Part shown: in pieces, positions 9,047-17,496 of the stretch
Position numbering within the stretch: the first letter of the stretch is position 1
Layout of the letters: each line of letters starts with the position of its first letter
Assembly: GCA_038210215.1 (NCBI GenBank)
Contig: JBBQWY010000010.1
Span: 16,464 to 80,463 of the forward strand
Direction: 5' to 3'
DNA from: Steroidobacterales bacterium
Lineage (GTDB): Bacteria; Pseudomonadota; Gammaproteobacteria; Steroidobacterales; Steroidobacteraceae
DNA length: 64,000 bases
Notes under the pieces: model-generated
What the model was told of the DNA's origin: nothing
Databases searched by the model: none
Seen by the model: only the letters and a program-made list of their open reading frames with translations
Position numbers and translations under genes: made by a program

Positions 9047-9581
9047 ATGCAATCAGAATCAGCGCAGAATCTCGCCTATATCCGGGAAATCATGCAAGAA
9101 AGCCGCACGTTCGCGACAGTGGGAGGCAACTACTTCATTCTTTGGGGCTTCGTGACCAGCCTCGGCTTGATGGCCAGCTGGGCCTCGGCGATCGGGTACC
9201 TGCCTTCTGATGCGTCGGCATGCGGCACGCACGACGGTCAGCCATCCCAGCGCCAGACTGATCTCGATGCTGTGGATCGCCGTCGGCATCGCGATGACCA
9301 TCGCGTTCTTCGCCGGCACCTGGAGCGGCGCCGTACGGCCAGTGTCGATTCCGGGCCTGGCGTCGGTTCTGATCGGCGTAAGCGCGTTCATGAACGGTGC
9401 GCTCGCACGCTTGCTGCGGCTGCGTAACCTCGCGTTCGTATGGTGGGCAGGTGCCGGACTGATGTTGTATTGGCCGGGGCTGCATGTATTCGCGATCTTC
9501 GGCATGATGATGTTCGCCCTGTACGTGATTCCTGGCTTCGCGCTGAATGCCATTGCGCGGCGGGCAGGCGCAGCGGTGTGA
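9047..9581 (+). pseudogene. Multi-pass membrane protein apparently split by a frameshift (or two-ORF arrangement)
   Basis: The frame from ATG 9047 gives a plausible N-terminus plus TM1 (MQSESAQNLAYIREIMQESRTFATVGGNYFILWGFVTSLGLMASWASAIGYLP) and then degenerates into Arg-rich sequence. The frame open from 9171 (ATG 9210) gives three further TM segments (MLWIAVGIAMTIAFFAGTW..., VSIPGLASVLIGVSAF..., FVWWAGAGLMLYWPGLHVFAIFGMMMFALYVIPGFAL) up to TGA 9579-9581. Confidence 0.45.
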
Positions 9582-9880
9582 GCGCATCCGCTTTCGATCA
9601 TTCGCAACTCGATGAGGTCATTCACTCGCGTCTGCGCCTCGCGGTGATGGCGGTGCTGAGCGCCGTGGATCAGGCCGACTTCACCGACCTGCGGGACAAG
9701 GTCGGTGCCACCGATGGCAACCTCAGCACGCACCTGCGAAAGCTCGAGGAAGCCGGTTACGTGCAGTTGCACAAGCATTTCGTGAATCGACGTCCGCGCA
9801 CCGACTGTTCGCTGACCGAAGCCGGTCGCGCCGCGTTCCGCGATTATGTCGAACGACTCGGCGCGTTGCTTGGATCATGA
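9578..9880 (+). CDS. Winged-helix transcriptional regulator (HTH_34-like)
   Basis: GTG 9578 overlaps the upstream stop (GTGA). The sequence LDEVIHSRLRLAVMAVLSAVDQADFTDLRDKVGATDGNLSTHLRKLEEAGYVQLHKHFVNRRPRTDCSLTEAGRAAF matches the winged-helix family that typically follows a small membrane protein. Confidence 0.75.
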   Translation: MSASAFDHSQLDEVIHSRLRLAVMAVLSAVDQADFTDLRDKVGATDGNLSTHLRKLEEAGYVQLHKHFVNRRPRTDCSLTEAGRAAFRDYVERLGALLGS

Positions 9881-9901
9881 ACCTCGAACCGCCCTGACTG
9901 C

Positions 9902-9926
9902 GCGGCGCGATTCGCGCGAGCGCCGC
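9902..9926. terminator. GC-rich hairpin between convergent genes (possible bidirectional terminator)
   Basis: GCGGCGC (9902-9908) pairs with GCGCCGC (9920-9926) across an 11-nt loop. The hairpin lies between the regulator stop (9880) and the phzF-like stop (9927). There is no U-tract. Confidence 0.3.
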
Positions 9927-10826
9927 TCAAAGCGTCAACGTTGTCTCGAAAACCAGCACCGCCTGGCCGACGATCCAGACCGCCGCCACCGCGCCGCCGT
10001 CGAACTCGAGTTCGATATCGACACGCCCCGGCCGATTCAGCCACTGGCCCTGCGCGCCTGAAAAACGCGTGCCGTCGCTGCTCGGTTCGATCAACCGGTG
10101 CTGTGCCAGGTAGCAGCCGAGCATGCCATGCGCATTACCGCTGACCGGATCCTCCGGTATGCCGAGCGCAGGGCAGAACATTCTCGATGTCGTTAACGTC
10201 TCGGCAGCTCGAGTCAGCGCGAAAACGAAGTGCCCCGCCGCGCCGATCTGCGCCGACAGTGTGTTCAGCCGCGTCATGTCCGGCTTGAGCTGCCGCAGCT
10301 GCTCGGCGCTGCGAACCCCGATCAGTAGCCGAGTGCTGGAACTGCCGATGACCTGCATCGGGCAGCGCGTATCGAGATCGTTGCTCGATAGCGCCAGTGC
10401 GTCGAGCACGGCAAGCCGCTCCCGCATGTTGATTTCGCGCCCCAGCGGCGGCGGACTTTGTCTGATGGCGACAAAACGCTCCGGTCCTTCGCCGCGAATT
10501 GCAATGTCGACCATGCCGCTGCGCTGCTTCTGGCGGAGCTGCCGCGCGGTGCCCTCGCGTCGCGACAAGACGTGATGCGCGGCAACCGTCGCATGGCCGA
10601 CGAAAGCGGCTTCGGTGCGGGGTGTAAAAAACCTCACCCTCAGGTCGTGATCGTCAGCGTCGGGTTTGAGCACAAACGCCGTGTCGGCGTTGTTGAGCTC
10701 GCGGGCGATGGCGAGCATTTCGTCGTCGCTGAGCACATCGGCATGCAGCACAACGCCGGCGGGATTGCCTGTGAAGCGACGCGTGGTGAAAGCGTCGACC
10801 TGAAACACCTGCACGGTTCTGCTCAT
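9927..10826 (-). CDS. PhzF family phenazine-biosynthesis-like isomerase
   Basis: The N-terminus VFQVDAFTTRRFTGNPAGVVL and the two-domain length (299 aa) are typical of the PhzF/YddE family. Confidence 0.9.
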   Translation of the reverse strand: MSRTVQVFQVDAFTTRRFTGNPAGVVLHADVLSDDEMLAIARELNNADTAFVLKPDADDHDLRVRFFTPRTEAAFVGHATVAAHHVLSRREGTARQLRQKQRSGMVDIAIRGEGPERFVAIRQSPPPLGREINMRERLAVLDALALSSNDLDTRCPMQVIGSSSTRLLIGVRSAEQLRQLKPDMTRLNTLSAQIGAAGHFVFALTRAAETLTTSRMFCPALGIPEDPVSGNAHGMLGCYLAQHRLIEPSSDGTRFSGAQGQWLNRPGRVDIELEFDGGAVAAVWIVGQAVLVFETTLTL

Positions 10827-10881
10827 GTTTGCGGAGTGTATTGAAGCGCAGCCGATCCTGCACGCGGTGCGGCGGCAAGGC

Positions 10882-10910
10882 TTGCATTTGCCGCGCGGCT
10901 GACCTAAGTT
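10882..10910 (+). promoter_or_regulatory. Putative sigma70 promoter of the thiamine-uptake operon
   Basis: The promoter is TTGCAT (10882-10887), a 17-nt spacer, then TAAGTT (10905-10910). This places a transcription start about 7 nt before the riboswitch. Confidence 0.4.
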
Positions 10911-10916
10911 GCTCGC

Positions 10917-11002
10917 AACCTTGGGGTGGCCTTGCGGCCTGAGACGTCATCGTGACGAACCCGTTGAACCTGATCCGGTTAGTACCGGCGTAGGGAGCAG
11001 GT
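10917..11002 (+). promoter_or_regulatory. TPP (THI-box) riboswitch
   Basis: Near-consensus elements are GGGGUGG...CUGAGA (10939-10944)...ACCCGUUGAACCUGAUCCGGUUAGUACCGGCGUAGGGA (ending 10996). The 3' closing segment and the purine-rich GGGAGCAGG run straight into ATG 11004, which implies translational control. Confidence 0.9.
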
Positions 11003-11003
11003 A

Positions 11004-13079
11004 ATGCGCCGTATTTCCATTACTTTTGTTTTTAGGCTGTTCGCTTGCTGCGTGCTGGCGGGCCAGAGTGCCCCGTTGCTTGCGCAACAGGACGTGCTTG
11101 CGGAGGTCGTGGTCACCGCGACGCTGCGCGGTGATCGTCTGCAAGCGCTTCCTGGCAGCGCAACGGTGCTCGGGCGCGAGACGCTGCAGGCGGCAGGCGA
11201 GCAGCACCTGCAGGACGTGCTTGGCCTGGTACCGAACTTCAACTGGGCCTCGGGAACGTCCCGGCCGCGCTACTTTCAGATTCGTGGCATCGGTGAAACC
11301 GACCAGTGGCAGGGCGCACCGAATCCGTCGGTGGGCTTTCTGATCGACGGCATGGATTTCTCCGGGCTCGGCATGCCGGCGATGCTGTTCGATGTCGAGC
11401 AGGTCGAGGTGCTGCGCGGTCCACAGGCCGCAAGCCACGGTGCGAACTCGCTTGCAGGCCTGATCAACCTTCGCACCGTCGCGCCGGATCCGAATGCGGG
11501 ATGGCGTGCCGAGGCCAGCGCCGGTGATTACGGCAGTCGCGGCATGGCGCTCGCGCTGGGCGGTGCGCTCGGCAATGACGAGGCCAGCGCCTTCCGTCTA
11601 GTGGCGCAGAGCAACCAGGGTGACGGCTTCCGGCGCAATACATTTCTCGGTCGGACGGACACAAACGGCTTTGACGAAACCGTTTTGCGGGGCCGGGTCA
11701 GCTTGCAGCTCGAGCAGGATTGGCGGCTCGATGTGGCCACGCTGTGGGCCGACCAGGACAACGGCTACGATGCGTTCGCAATCGACAACAGTCGTGTGAC
11801 CCGATCCGATCAACCGGGCGAGGACGCGCAGCGCTCGCGCGGCATCTCGCTGGCCGCAGACTACGACGGCGCAAGCAGCTGGATTTTCCGCTCTTCGACT
11901 GCGTTCTCTGACGCGGCAATCCGCTACAGCTTCGATGGCGACTGGGGGGCGGATCCCGACTACGACTTCACTTCGCGTTTCGTCCGCGACCATCGGCGCG
12001 TTACGCAGGATCTGCGCTGGTTGTCGCGTGAGCAGGCCACGCTGCCCGGCGAAGCAGACTGGCTGATCGGCGTCTACGCGCTGTCGCTCTCCGAGCAGAA
12101 CGATCAGCTCGATCGCTTCAACGGTGACGTGTTCACCTCTCTCGCAAGTGACTACCGCGCGCGCCATGTGGCCCTGTATGGGCAATCCGGCATACCGCTC
12201 GGCGAGCGCACAAGGTTCAGCGGCGCGCTGCGAGCCGAGCAGCGAGACGCAGATTACACCGACAGCAGCGGCTCGGGCTTTGCGCCGCGCGACCGGATGT
12301 GGGGCGGGCACTTGTCGCTGCAGCATCAGACGCTCAGTGGATCCGATCTGTTCTTGACGCTGTCGCGCGGCTACAAGGCGGGCGGCTTCAACATCGGCGC
12401 GCAGATCGCACCGCAGCGGCGTGCGTTCGCACCAGAGACCGTCCTCAGCGTCGAGGCAGGTGGTTCGCGACGCTTCGCGGGCGATCGGCTTCGCGTCAGC
12501 GGCGCGATCTTCCACATGCGCCGCTCCGATCAGCAGGTACCGACCTCGGAACAGATCGATCCGACGGATCCGCTCAGCTTCATCTACTACACCGACAATG
12601 CCGCGAGCGGGGAAAACTACGGTATGGAGTTCACGGCCAGCTGGCAGCTCAGCGAGCGCGTGGCGCTGCAGGCGACCGGTGGCCTGCTGCGGACGCGTTT
12701 TCTCGACTATCGGTCTGCTGATCTTGATCTGACCGGCCGTGAGCAGGCACACGCCCCACGGCAGCAGTTTGCGCTGACGGCGGACTACCGGCACCCGAGC
12801 GGCTGGTTCGGGCGAGTCGACTGGACCGGCCGCGACGGTTTCTATTTTTCCGAGAGCCATGACCAGCGCGCCGGCTCGAGTCAGCAGGTGAATCTGCGCG
12901 TGGGCTTCGAGCGCGAGCGCTGGAATGCATCGCTGTGGGTGCGAAACCTGTTCGACGACGAGCCCGTGCAGCGTGGATTCTTCTTCGGCAATGAGCCACC
13001 AGATTTCCCGACCCGTCTGTATGTGCAGCGCGGCGATCCGCGCCAGCTGGGCGTTCGCGTGCAGTTCCGCTCCAACTGA
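11004..13079 (+). CDS. TonB-dependent outer-membrane receptor (thiamine-regulated)
   Basis: The signal peptide is MRRISITFVFRLFACCVLAGQSAPLLAQ. There is a TonB-box-like EVVVTAT and plug-domain motifs (LRGPQAASHGANSLAGLINL). The C-terminus ends ...GVRVQFRSN. The gene sits directly downstream of the TPP riboswitch. Confidence 0.9.
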   Translation: MRRISITFVFRLFACCVLAGQSAPLLAQQDVLAEVVVTATLRGDRLQALPGSATVLGRETLQAAGEQHLQDVLGLVPNFNWASGTSRPRYFQIRGIGETDQWQGAPNPSVGFLIDGMDFSGLGMPAMLFDVEQVEVLRGPQAASHGANSLAGLINLRTVAPDPNAGWRAEASAGDYGSRGMALALGGALGNDEASAFRLVAQSNQGDGFRRNTFLGRTDTNGFDETVLRGRVSLQLEQDWRLDVATLWADQDNGYDAFAIDNSRVTRSDQPGEDAQRSRGISLAADYDGASSWIFRSSTAFSDAAIRYSFDGDWGADPDYDFTSRFVRDHRRVTQDLRWLSREQATLPGEADWLIGVYALSLSEQNDQLDRFNGDVFTSLASDYRARHVALYGQSGIPLGERTRFSGALRAEQRDADYTDSSGSGFAPRDRMWGGHLSLQHQTLSGSDLFLTLSRGYKAGGFNIGAQIAPQRRAFAPETVLSVEAGGSRRFAGDRLRVSGAIFHMRRSDQQVPTSEQIDPTDPLSFIYYTDNAASGENYGMEFTASWQLSERVALQATGGLLRTRFLDYRSADLDLTGREQAHAPRQQFALTADYRHPSGWFGRVDWTGRDGFYFSESHDQRAGSSQQVNLRVGFERERWNASLWVRNLFDDEPVQRGFFFGNEPPDFPTRLYVQRGDPRQLGVRVQFRSN

Positions 13080-13657
13080 TGTGGCAGCAATTGCTCGAGG
13101 GCGCACGGCATACCTCGAGCCTCGAACTGGTCTCGCTCGCGACCGGGGTCGCCTATGCGCTGCTCGCAGTACGGCGGCTGCGCTGGTGTTGGCTGTTCGG
13201 CGCGGTGTCGTCGATCGTGCTGATCTATCTCGCCTGGCAGGCACGTTTGCCCATGCAGGCCGCGCTGCAGGTGTTCTATGTGCTGATGGCCGGGTACGGC
13301 TTTGTAAGCTGGTCGCGTCGCTCGGGCTCAGCGCCGGTCGCCGTCGCGCGCGGCACCATGCGGGGCAATCTTGTGCTGCTGCTGGCCGTGATCGGGCTCG
13401 GCGTAACCCTGGCACCGTGGGTCGCGGCCTACACCGAGGCCGCCTGGCCGCGGATCGACACCGCGGTGACGGTTGCGAGCATTGTCGCGACGTGGCTGAC
13501 GGCGCGGGCGCGGCTTGAAAGCTGGGCGTACTGGATCGTTATCGACCTCATATCGATTGGCCTCTACGTCGCGCAGGGACTGCCGTTCGTTGCCTTGCTG
13601 TACCTGATCTACGCGGGCATCGCCGTGGCGGGCTGGATTGCGTGGCGGCGCCAATGA
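13079..13657 (+). CDS. pnuC: PnuC-family transporter (PnuT-like, probable thiamine/vitamin permease)
   Basis: The ATG overlaps the receptor stop (TGATG). The 192-aa product is a multi-TM protein with PnuC-like W/Y-rich helices (YGFVSW, YWIVIDLISIGLY, GWIAWRR). The substrate inference comes from riboswitch context. Confidence 0.85.
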   Translation: MWQQLLEGARHTSSLELVSLATGVAYALLAVRRLRWCWLFGAVSSIVLIYLAWQARLPMQAALQVFYVLMAGYGFVSWSRRSGSAPVAVARGTMRGNLVLLLAVIGLGVTLAPWVAAYTEAAWPRIDTAVTVASIVATWLTARARLESWAYWIVIDLISIGLYVAQGLPFVALLYLIYAGIAVAGWIAWRRQ

Positions 13658-14427
13658 GGCCACGTGGCCTGCATCTGGTGCCGGGCTGCGAGTCGGGTGA
13701 GGCACCCAACTCTGTGGCGGAGCTGCCGAGCGGTCGCGTCAATGACGTCTACCGCGTCGGTACTTCGCTAGGCGACTTTGTGCTGCACGAGCCGAAGTCA
13801 GCACCGCTGCAGCAGGTGCTGGGGGTCGATCTTGCGCGGCAGATTGCGCTGCAGGGCATTGCCGCCGAGGCGGGTCTCGCGCCACAGGTCGTTGCGGCCT
13901 GCGCCTCGAGCGGCAGTCTGGTGACGCGTTGGGTCCCGGGTCGGACGTGGTCGGATCTTGATGCGGCAGATTCGACCCGGCTGCGGGAGCTGTGCGAGGT
14001 GCTTGCTGCCCTGCATCGGCTGTCAGCGCCCGATTGCGTCGCAATATTCGACCCCATCACGGCAATCAAGCGAGTGATGAATCCGCTACGTCCGTTGGAC
14101 CGGCAGCGTCTCGACGTCGCCTGCCGCGACTACGCGCTGGTGCGCAGTGCGCAGCGCGGGGTGGCCATCGTGCACGGCGATCTGCACCCCGCGAACCTGT
14201 TGCAAACGCCACAACTCATGCTGCTCGATTGGGAGTACGCGCAACTTGGCGATCCGCTGCTGGATCTTGCCGGTTTGATCGCCTGTCAGCCCGGCACGCG
14301 AGCAAATGCGCCGCAGTTGCTGCAGTGGAGCGGGCTCCACGCCATCGCCGATGTCGATGAACTGCTGGCGCTGGCACGTGTGCTGACGAGCCTCAACGAG
14401 GCCTGGGAGCGGCGCGCGCGGGCTTGA
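13642..14427 (+). CDS. thiK: APH/choline-kinase-fold phosphotransferase, probable thiamine kinase
   Basis: The catalytic loop is IVHGDLHPANLL, followed by LLDWEYAQLGDPLLDLA (the Brenner/choline-kinase motif layout, as in ThiK). The gene overlaps the pnuC-like gene by 16 nt. Confidence 0.65.
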   Translation: MAAPMRPRGLHLVPGCESGEAPNSVAELPSGRVNDVYRVGTSLGDFVLHEPKSAPLQQVLGVDLARQIALQGIAAEAGLAPQVVAACASSGSLVTRWVPGRTWSDLDAADSTRLRELCEVLAALHRLSAPDCVAIFDPITAIKRVMNPLRPLDRQRLDVACRDYALVRSAQRGVAIVHGDLHPANLLQTPQLMLLDWEYAQLGDPLLDLAGLIACQPGTRANAPQLLQWSGLHAIADVDELLALARVLTSLNEAWERRARA

Positions 14428-14610
14428 TCAACGCTGCGCCGGCACTGCTGAACGAGCCACCCCGTGCTTCGGTACCCGAGACCACTGGCGTCTGCGTCGC
14501 GACCCCGGCACACTAGCTCGTCTCGCGTAACGCCATGAATTATATGCATGTGCGCGAGCCACACAAACAGTCTTGATTTTTGAAGTCGCAGATTTGCCAC
14601 GGGAATTCGT

Positions 14611-14925
14611 ATGCCGCAGCTGAAGGTTGTCGATAGGGATGGTCAGGAACACGTTATCGAGGCCAAGTCTGGCCTCAAGCTCATGGAGACGCTGCGGGAG
14701 CTCGACTACGGTGTCGCGGCAATCTGCGGCGGCATGTGTTCCTGCGCAACCTGCCACGTCTACGTGGACCGCGACTGGGTTGGAAAGATTCCGGCGGCGA
14801 TGTCCGACGAGCGGGAGCTGTTGTCGGAGTTGTCCCATTTCCAGGACAACTCGCGACTGTCCTGTCAGGTCGAAATGACCGATGCTCTCGCCGGCATGCG
14901 AGTGACGATTGCCGCCGACGAATAG
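14611..14925 (+). CDS. 2Fe-2S ferredoxin, adrenodoxin/putidaredoxin type
   Basis: The protein is 104 aa. It has a C-x5-C-x2-C pattern (ICGGMCSCATCHVYV) plus a distal Cys (SRLSCQV). Confidence 0.9.
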   Translation: MPQLKVVDRDGQEHVIEAKSGLKLMETLRELDYGVAAICGGMCSCATCHVYVDRDWVGKIPAAMSDERELLSELSHFQDNSRLSCQVEMTDALAGMRVTIAADE

Positions 14926-15059
14926 GCGTGCGTGGTGCTCAGCGCACCATCAGCGCCTGGCCGATCAGGATTCCGGCACAGTCAGGCCGGATGCTTGCGG
15001 ATTTCGCCGAGCGTCGCGCTGCCGGGGTAGATTGCCCGATTACATGAAAGGATAACCAG

Positions 15060-15839
15060 ATGTCCGAAGCGACCGTACTCGTTGAAGTCAAGGATCGCGT
15101 GGCCACGGTCACGCTGAATCGTCCGAGCAACTCCAATGTGCTGAATCTGCTGATGGGCCGTGAACTGCTTGAAGCGGCACTGACCTGCAGTCGCGAGCCT
15201 GAAGTACGCGCGGTCGTGCTGACCGGTGCCGGGAAGCACTTCTGCTTCGGCGGTGACCTGCGCGGCATGATGAGCGAGGAAGGATCATTGGAACCCTACC
15301 TGCGCGAGCTGACGTCATTCCTGCACCAGGCCATCTCGCATTTCGTGCGCATGGACGCGCCGGTCATCGCGGCGGTCAACGGCACCGCCGCGGGCGCCGG
15401 CGTGGGTCTCGCGGCGATGGCGGACCTTGCGATCTGCGGCGAGGCGTCGAAGTTCTCGCTGGCCTACACCGCGGTCGGGCTGACGCCGGATGGCAGCACG
15501 TCGTTCTTTCTGCCGCAGATCCTGGGCAACAAACGCGCGCTCGAGCTGATCCTGACGAATCGCGCGCTGACAGCCACCGAGGCGCTGTCGTGGGGGCTCG
15601 TCAATCAGGTGGTGCCGGATGAGCAGGTGCTGGCCGAGGCGCTGAAGCTCGCTGCGCGGCTTGCGGCCGGCCCGACCCGCGCCTTCGGCAAAGCGAAGCG
15701 ACTGGTGGCCGGCGCGAGCGGCGCGCTCGAGTCGCACATGGCGCTCGAAAGCCAGATGATTGCGCGCCAGGCGACGACCGCGGAAGGCCGGGAAGGAATC
15801 CAGGCGTTTCTCGACAAGCGCAAGCCCACGTATCCCTAG
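15060..15839 (+). CDS. Enoyl-CoA hydratase/isomerase (crotonase) family protein
   Basis: Crotonase-fold signatures are VVLTGAGKHFCFGGDL and PVIAAVNGTAAGAGVGLA. Confidence 0.9.
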   Translation: MSEATVLVEVKDRVATVTLNRPSNSNVLNLLMGRELLEAALTCSREPEVRAVVLTGAGKHFCFGGDLRGMMSEEGSLEPYLRELTSFLHQAISHFVRMDAPVIAAVNGTAAGAGVGLAAMADLAICGEASKFSLAYTAVGLTPDGSTSFFLPQILGNKRALELILTNRALTATEALSWGLVNQVVPDEQVLAEALKLAARLAAGPTRAFGKAKRLVAGASGALESHMALESQMIARQATTAEGREGIQAFLDKRKPTYP

Positions 15840-15851
15840 AGGTCGCTGCTG

Positions 15852-16283
15852 ATGAAATGGTTCTACATACTGCTGCTGATCGGTGCTGCGCTCGCGATCG
15901 GTCGCATCGTGCTGTCGCTGCGCAAGCTCAAGAATCTCAACAACGACGATTGGGATTCGCGGCTCGTCGAACGCCTGCGGCGCAGCGGTGTCGACCCGTT
16001 CAAGCCGCAGGAGCTCGATTTCTTCGTCGCCTTGCCAACCGAGGCCGCCGTCGGTGTGGTCGAACAACGCTTGTCTACGCGCGGCTTCACCGTCGACTCG
16101 CGCGCCGTCGCCGACAGTCCCTCGCAGCCGTTCAGCGTCCACGCCCGCAAGGCGATGCAGCTCTCCGTAAGCGAAGTGCGCGCTGTGTCGGCGATGCTCA
16201 AGCAGCTTGCAGAAGAGCAGGGTGGCCGCTACGACGGTTGGGCGGCGTCGAAGCCAGCGGCGAGCAGCCACGTCGAAGAGTAA
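15852..16283 (+). CDS. Membrane-anchored RraB-like (regulator of ribonuclease activity B family) protein
   Basis: The N-terminal TM helix is MKWFYILLLIGAALAIGRIVLSL. The C-terminal domain aligns by eye to E. coli RraB (VERLRRSGVDPFKPQELDFFVALP... and LKQLAEEQGGRYDGWAAS versus ...LAEKFDVEYDGWGTY). Confidence 0.6.
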   Translation: MKWFYILLLIGAALAIGRIVLSLRKLKNLNNDDWDSRLVERLRRSGVDPFKPQELDFFVALPTEAAVGVVEQRLSTRGFTVDSRAVADSPSQPFSVHARKAMQLSVSEVRAVSAMLKQLAEEQGGRYDGWAASKPAASSHVEE

Positions 16284-16287
16284 GGCG

Positions 16288-17496
16288 CTACAGCGGCGGG
16301 CGGCCGTCGCTGGCTGCCTGGTCGATGCCATCCTGGCCGGTTGGAAGCCCCAGCGCGCTCGCGCCAAACGGCAGCGCGGCCGCATCCCAGGCAATGGCGG
16401 CATGCGAGGCCGCCGCGCGTGCATCGCGCACGAGTCGGTTGACGGGGTTGTCGCGCGCAAGGCCGGCGGCACCCATCATGTCCTGCAGCCGGGTCACGGC
16501 ATCGCGACACAGCTTGGCGGCATAACCCATGTTCAGCCGCACGCGCACTTTCTGTTCACGACTCAGCGCGCGCTCGGCATCCTGACCGGAGCGACAGATC
16601 GCAAAGGTCTCGTCCATCAGCAGGTGCGCCGCGTGAATCTGCGCGCCGCACTCGGCGACGCGCAGCTGCACCGGCGTCTGGCGGCGAATCTCGTCGCCGT
16701 GCATCAGGCCGACCCGATCCTGCGTGATGCGCAGATACTCCAGAAACGCACCCCGTGCACAACCGACCACCGGGCCGAGCAGCGTCGTGTAGTAGTAGGG
16801 CAGGATGTCGAGGCGATACAGCCATGGCAGCTCCTGATCTCCGTCGCGGCTCACCGAGTCGAAGCTCGCGGTGCGATACACCGGCACGAACACATCCTCG
16901 ACAACGACATCGTGGCTGCCGGTTGCCTTCAGGCCCTCGGCATCCCAGGTGTCGAGAATCCGCACGTTGCGGCGTGGTATCCCGAACAATGTCGTCTGGA
17001 ATCGGCCCCAGCGATTGTCGGGTGCCATTGCTGCCGCAAGCAGCCAGTCGGCATGATCGATACCGCTGGCCAGAGCCCAGCGGCCGGAGACCTTGAAGCC
17101 TCCGTCCACGGCTTCGATGCGCGCATTGCGGCCGTTCGCAAACGCGGTCGAGACCAGCACATCGGGACGGTCGAACACTTCGGCCTGGAACTCGAGCCCC
17201 ATGCGACCGGCGGTCCAGGTATGCGCGCTGACTACGGATGCGATCCATGCAGTGGATCCACAGCCCTCGGCCAGGATCAGTGCGACTTCGGCGTGCGTGC
17301 CCCAGGGCATCTCGAGTCCGCCAAATCTTGCCGGACGCAGCACCGACATGATTCCCGAATCGTGCAGCGCAGTGTAGGTTTCGTCGTGCAGCCGTCGCCA
17401 GTGATTGGCTTGCGCAGCGCGGGCCGCGATCTTGGGCACCAGCGCCCGCGCTGCGGCACGAACGTCCGGGGCGACCGCCTGGGGTTGAGCGTTCAC
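16288..17496 (-). CDS. Acyl-CoA dehydrogenase-fold flavin-dependent oxidoreductase/monooxygenase
   Basis: The protein is 402 aa. Its N-terminal region ([40 protein letters not shown]; [14 protein letters not shown]) is typical of the ACAD type-2 / two-component flavin monooxygenase group. GTG 17496 overlaps the gpmA stop (GTGA). Confidence 0.8.
   Translation of the reverse strand: MNAQPQAVAPDVRAAARALVPKIAARAAQANHWRRLHDETYTALHDSGIMSVLRPARFGGLEMPWGTHAEVALILAEGCGSTAWIASVVSAHTWTAGRMGLEFQAEVFDRPDVLVSTAFANGRNARIEAVDGGFKVSGRWALASGIDHADWLLAAAMAPDNRWGRFQTTLFGIPRRNVRILDTWDAEGLKATGSHDVVVEDVFVPVYRTASFDSVSRDGDQELPWLYRLDILPYYYTTLLGPVVGCARGAFLEYLRITQDRVGLMHGDEIRRQTPVQLRVAECGAQIHAAHLLMDETFAICRSGQDAERALSREQKVRVRLNMGYAAKLCRDAVTRLQDMMGAAGLARDNPVNRLVRDARAAASHAAIAWDAAALPFGASALGLPTGQDGIDQAASDGRPPL

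Noticed and set aside
14428-14610. A 183-nt intergenic region with an AT-rich patch (ATGAATTATATGCATGTG), examined for an sRNA, riboswitch or small ORF.
   Set aside because: I could identify no conserved-looking structure, no convincing promoter/terminator pair and no coding-like small ORF. It is most likely just the ferredoxin promoter region.
14933-14949. A hairpin (TGGTGC-tcagc-GCACCA) 8 nt after the ferredoxin stop, considered as an intrinsic terminator.
   Set aside because: The stem is only 6 bp and there is no downstream U-tract. I cannot distinguish it from chance secondary structure.
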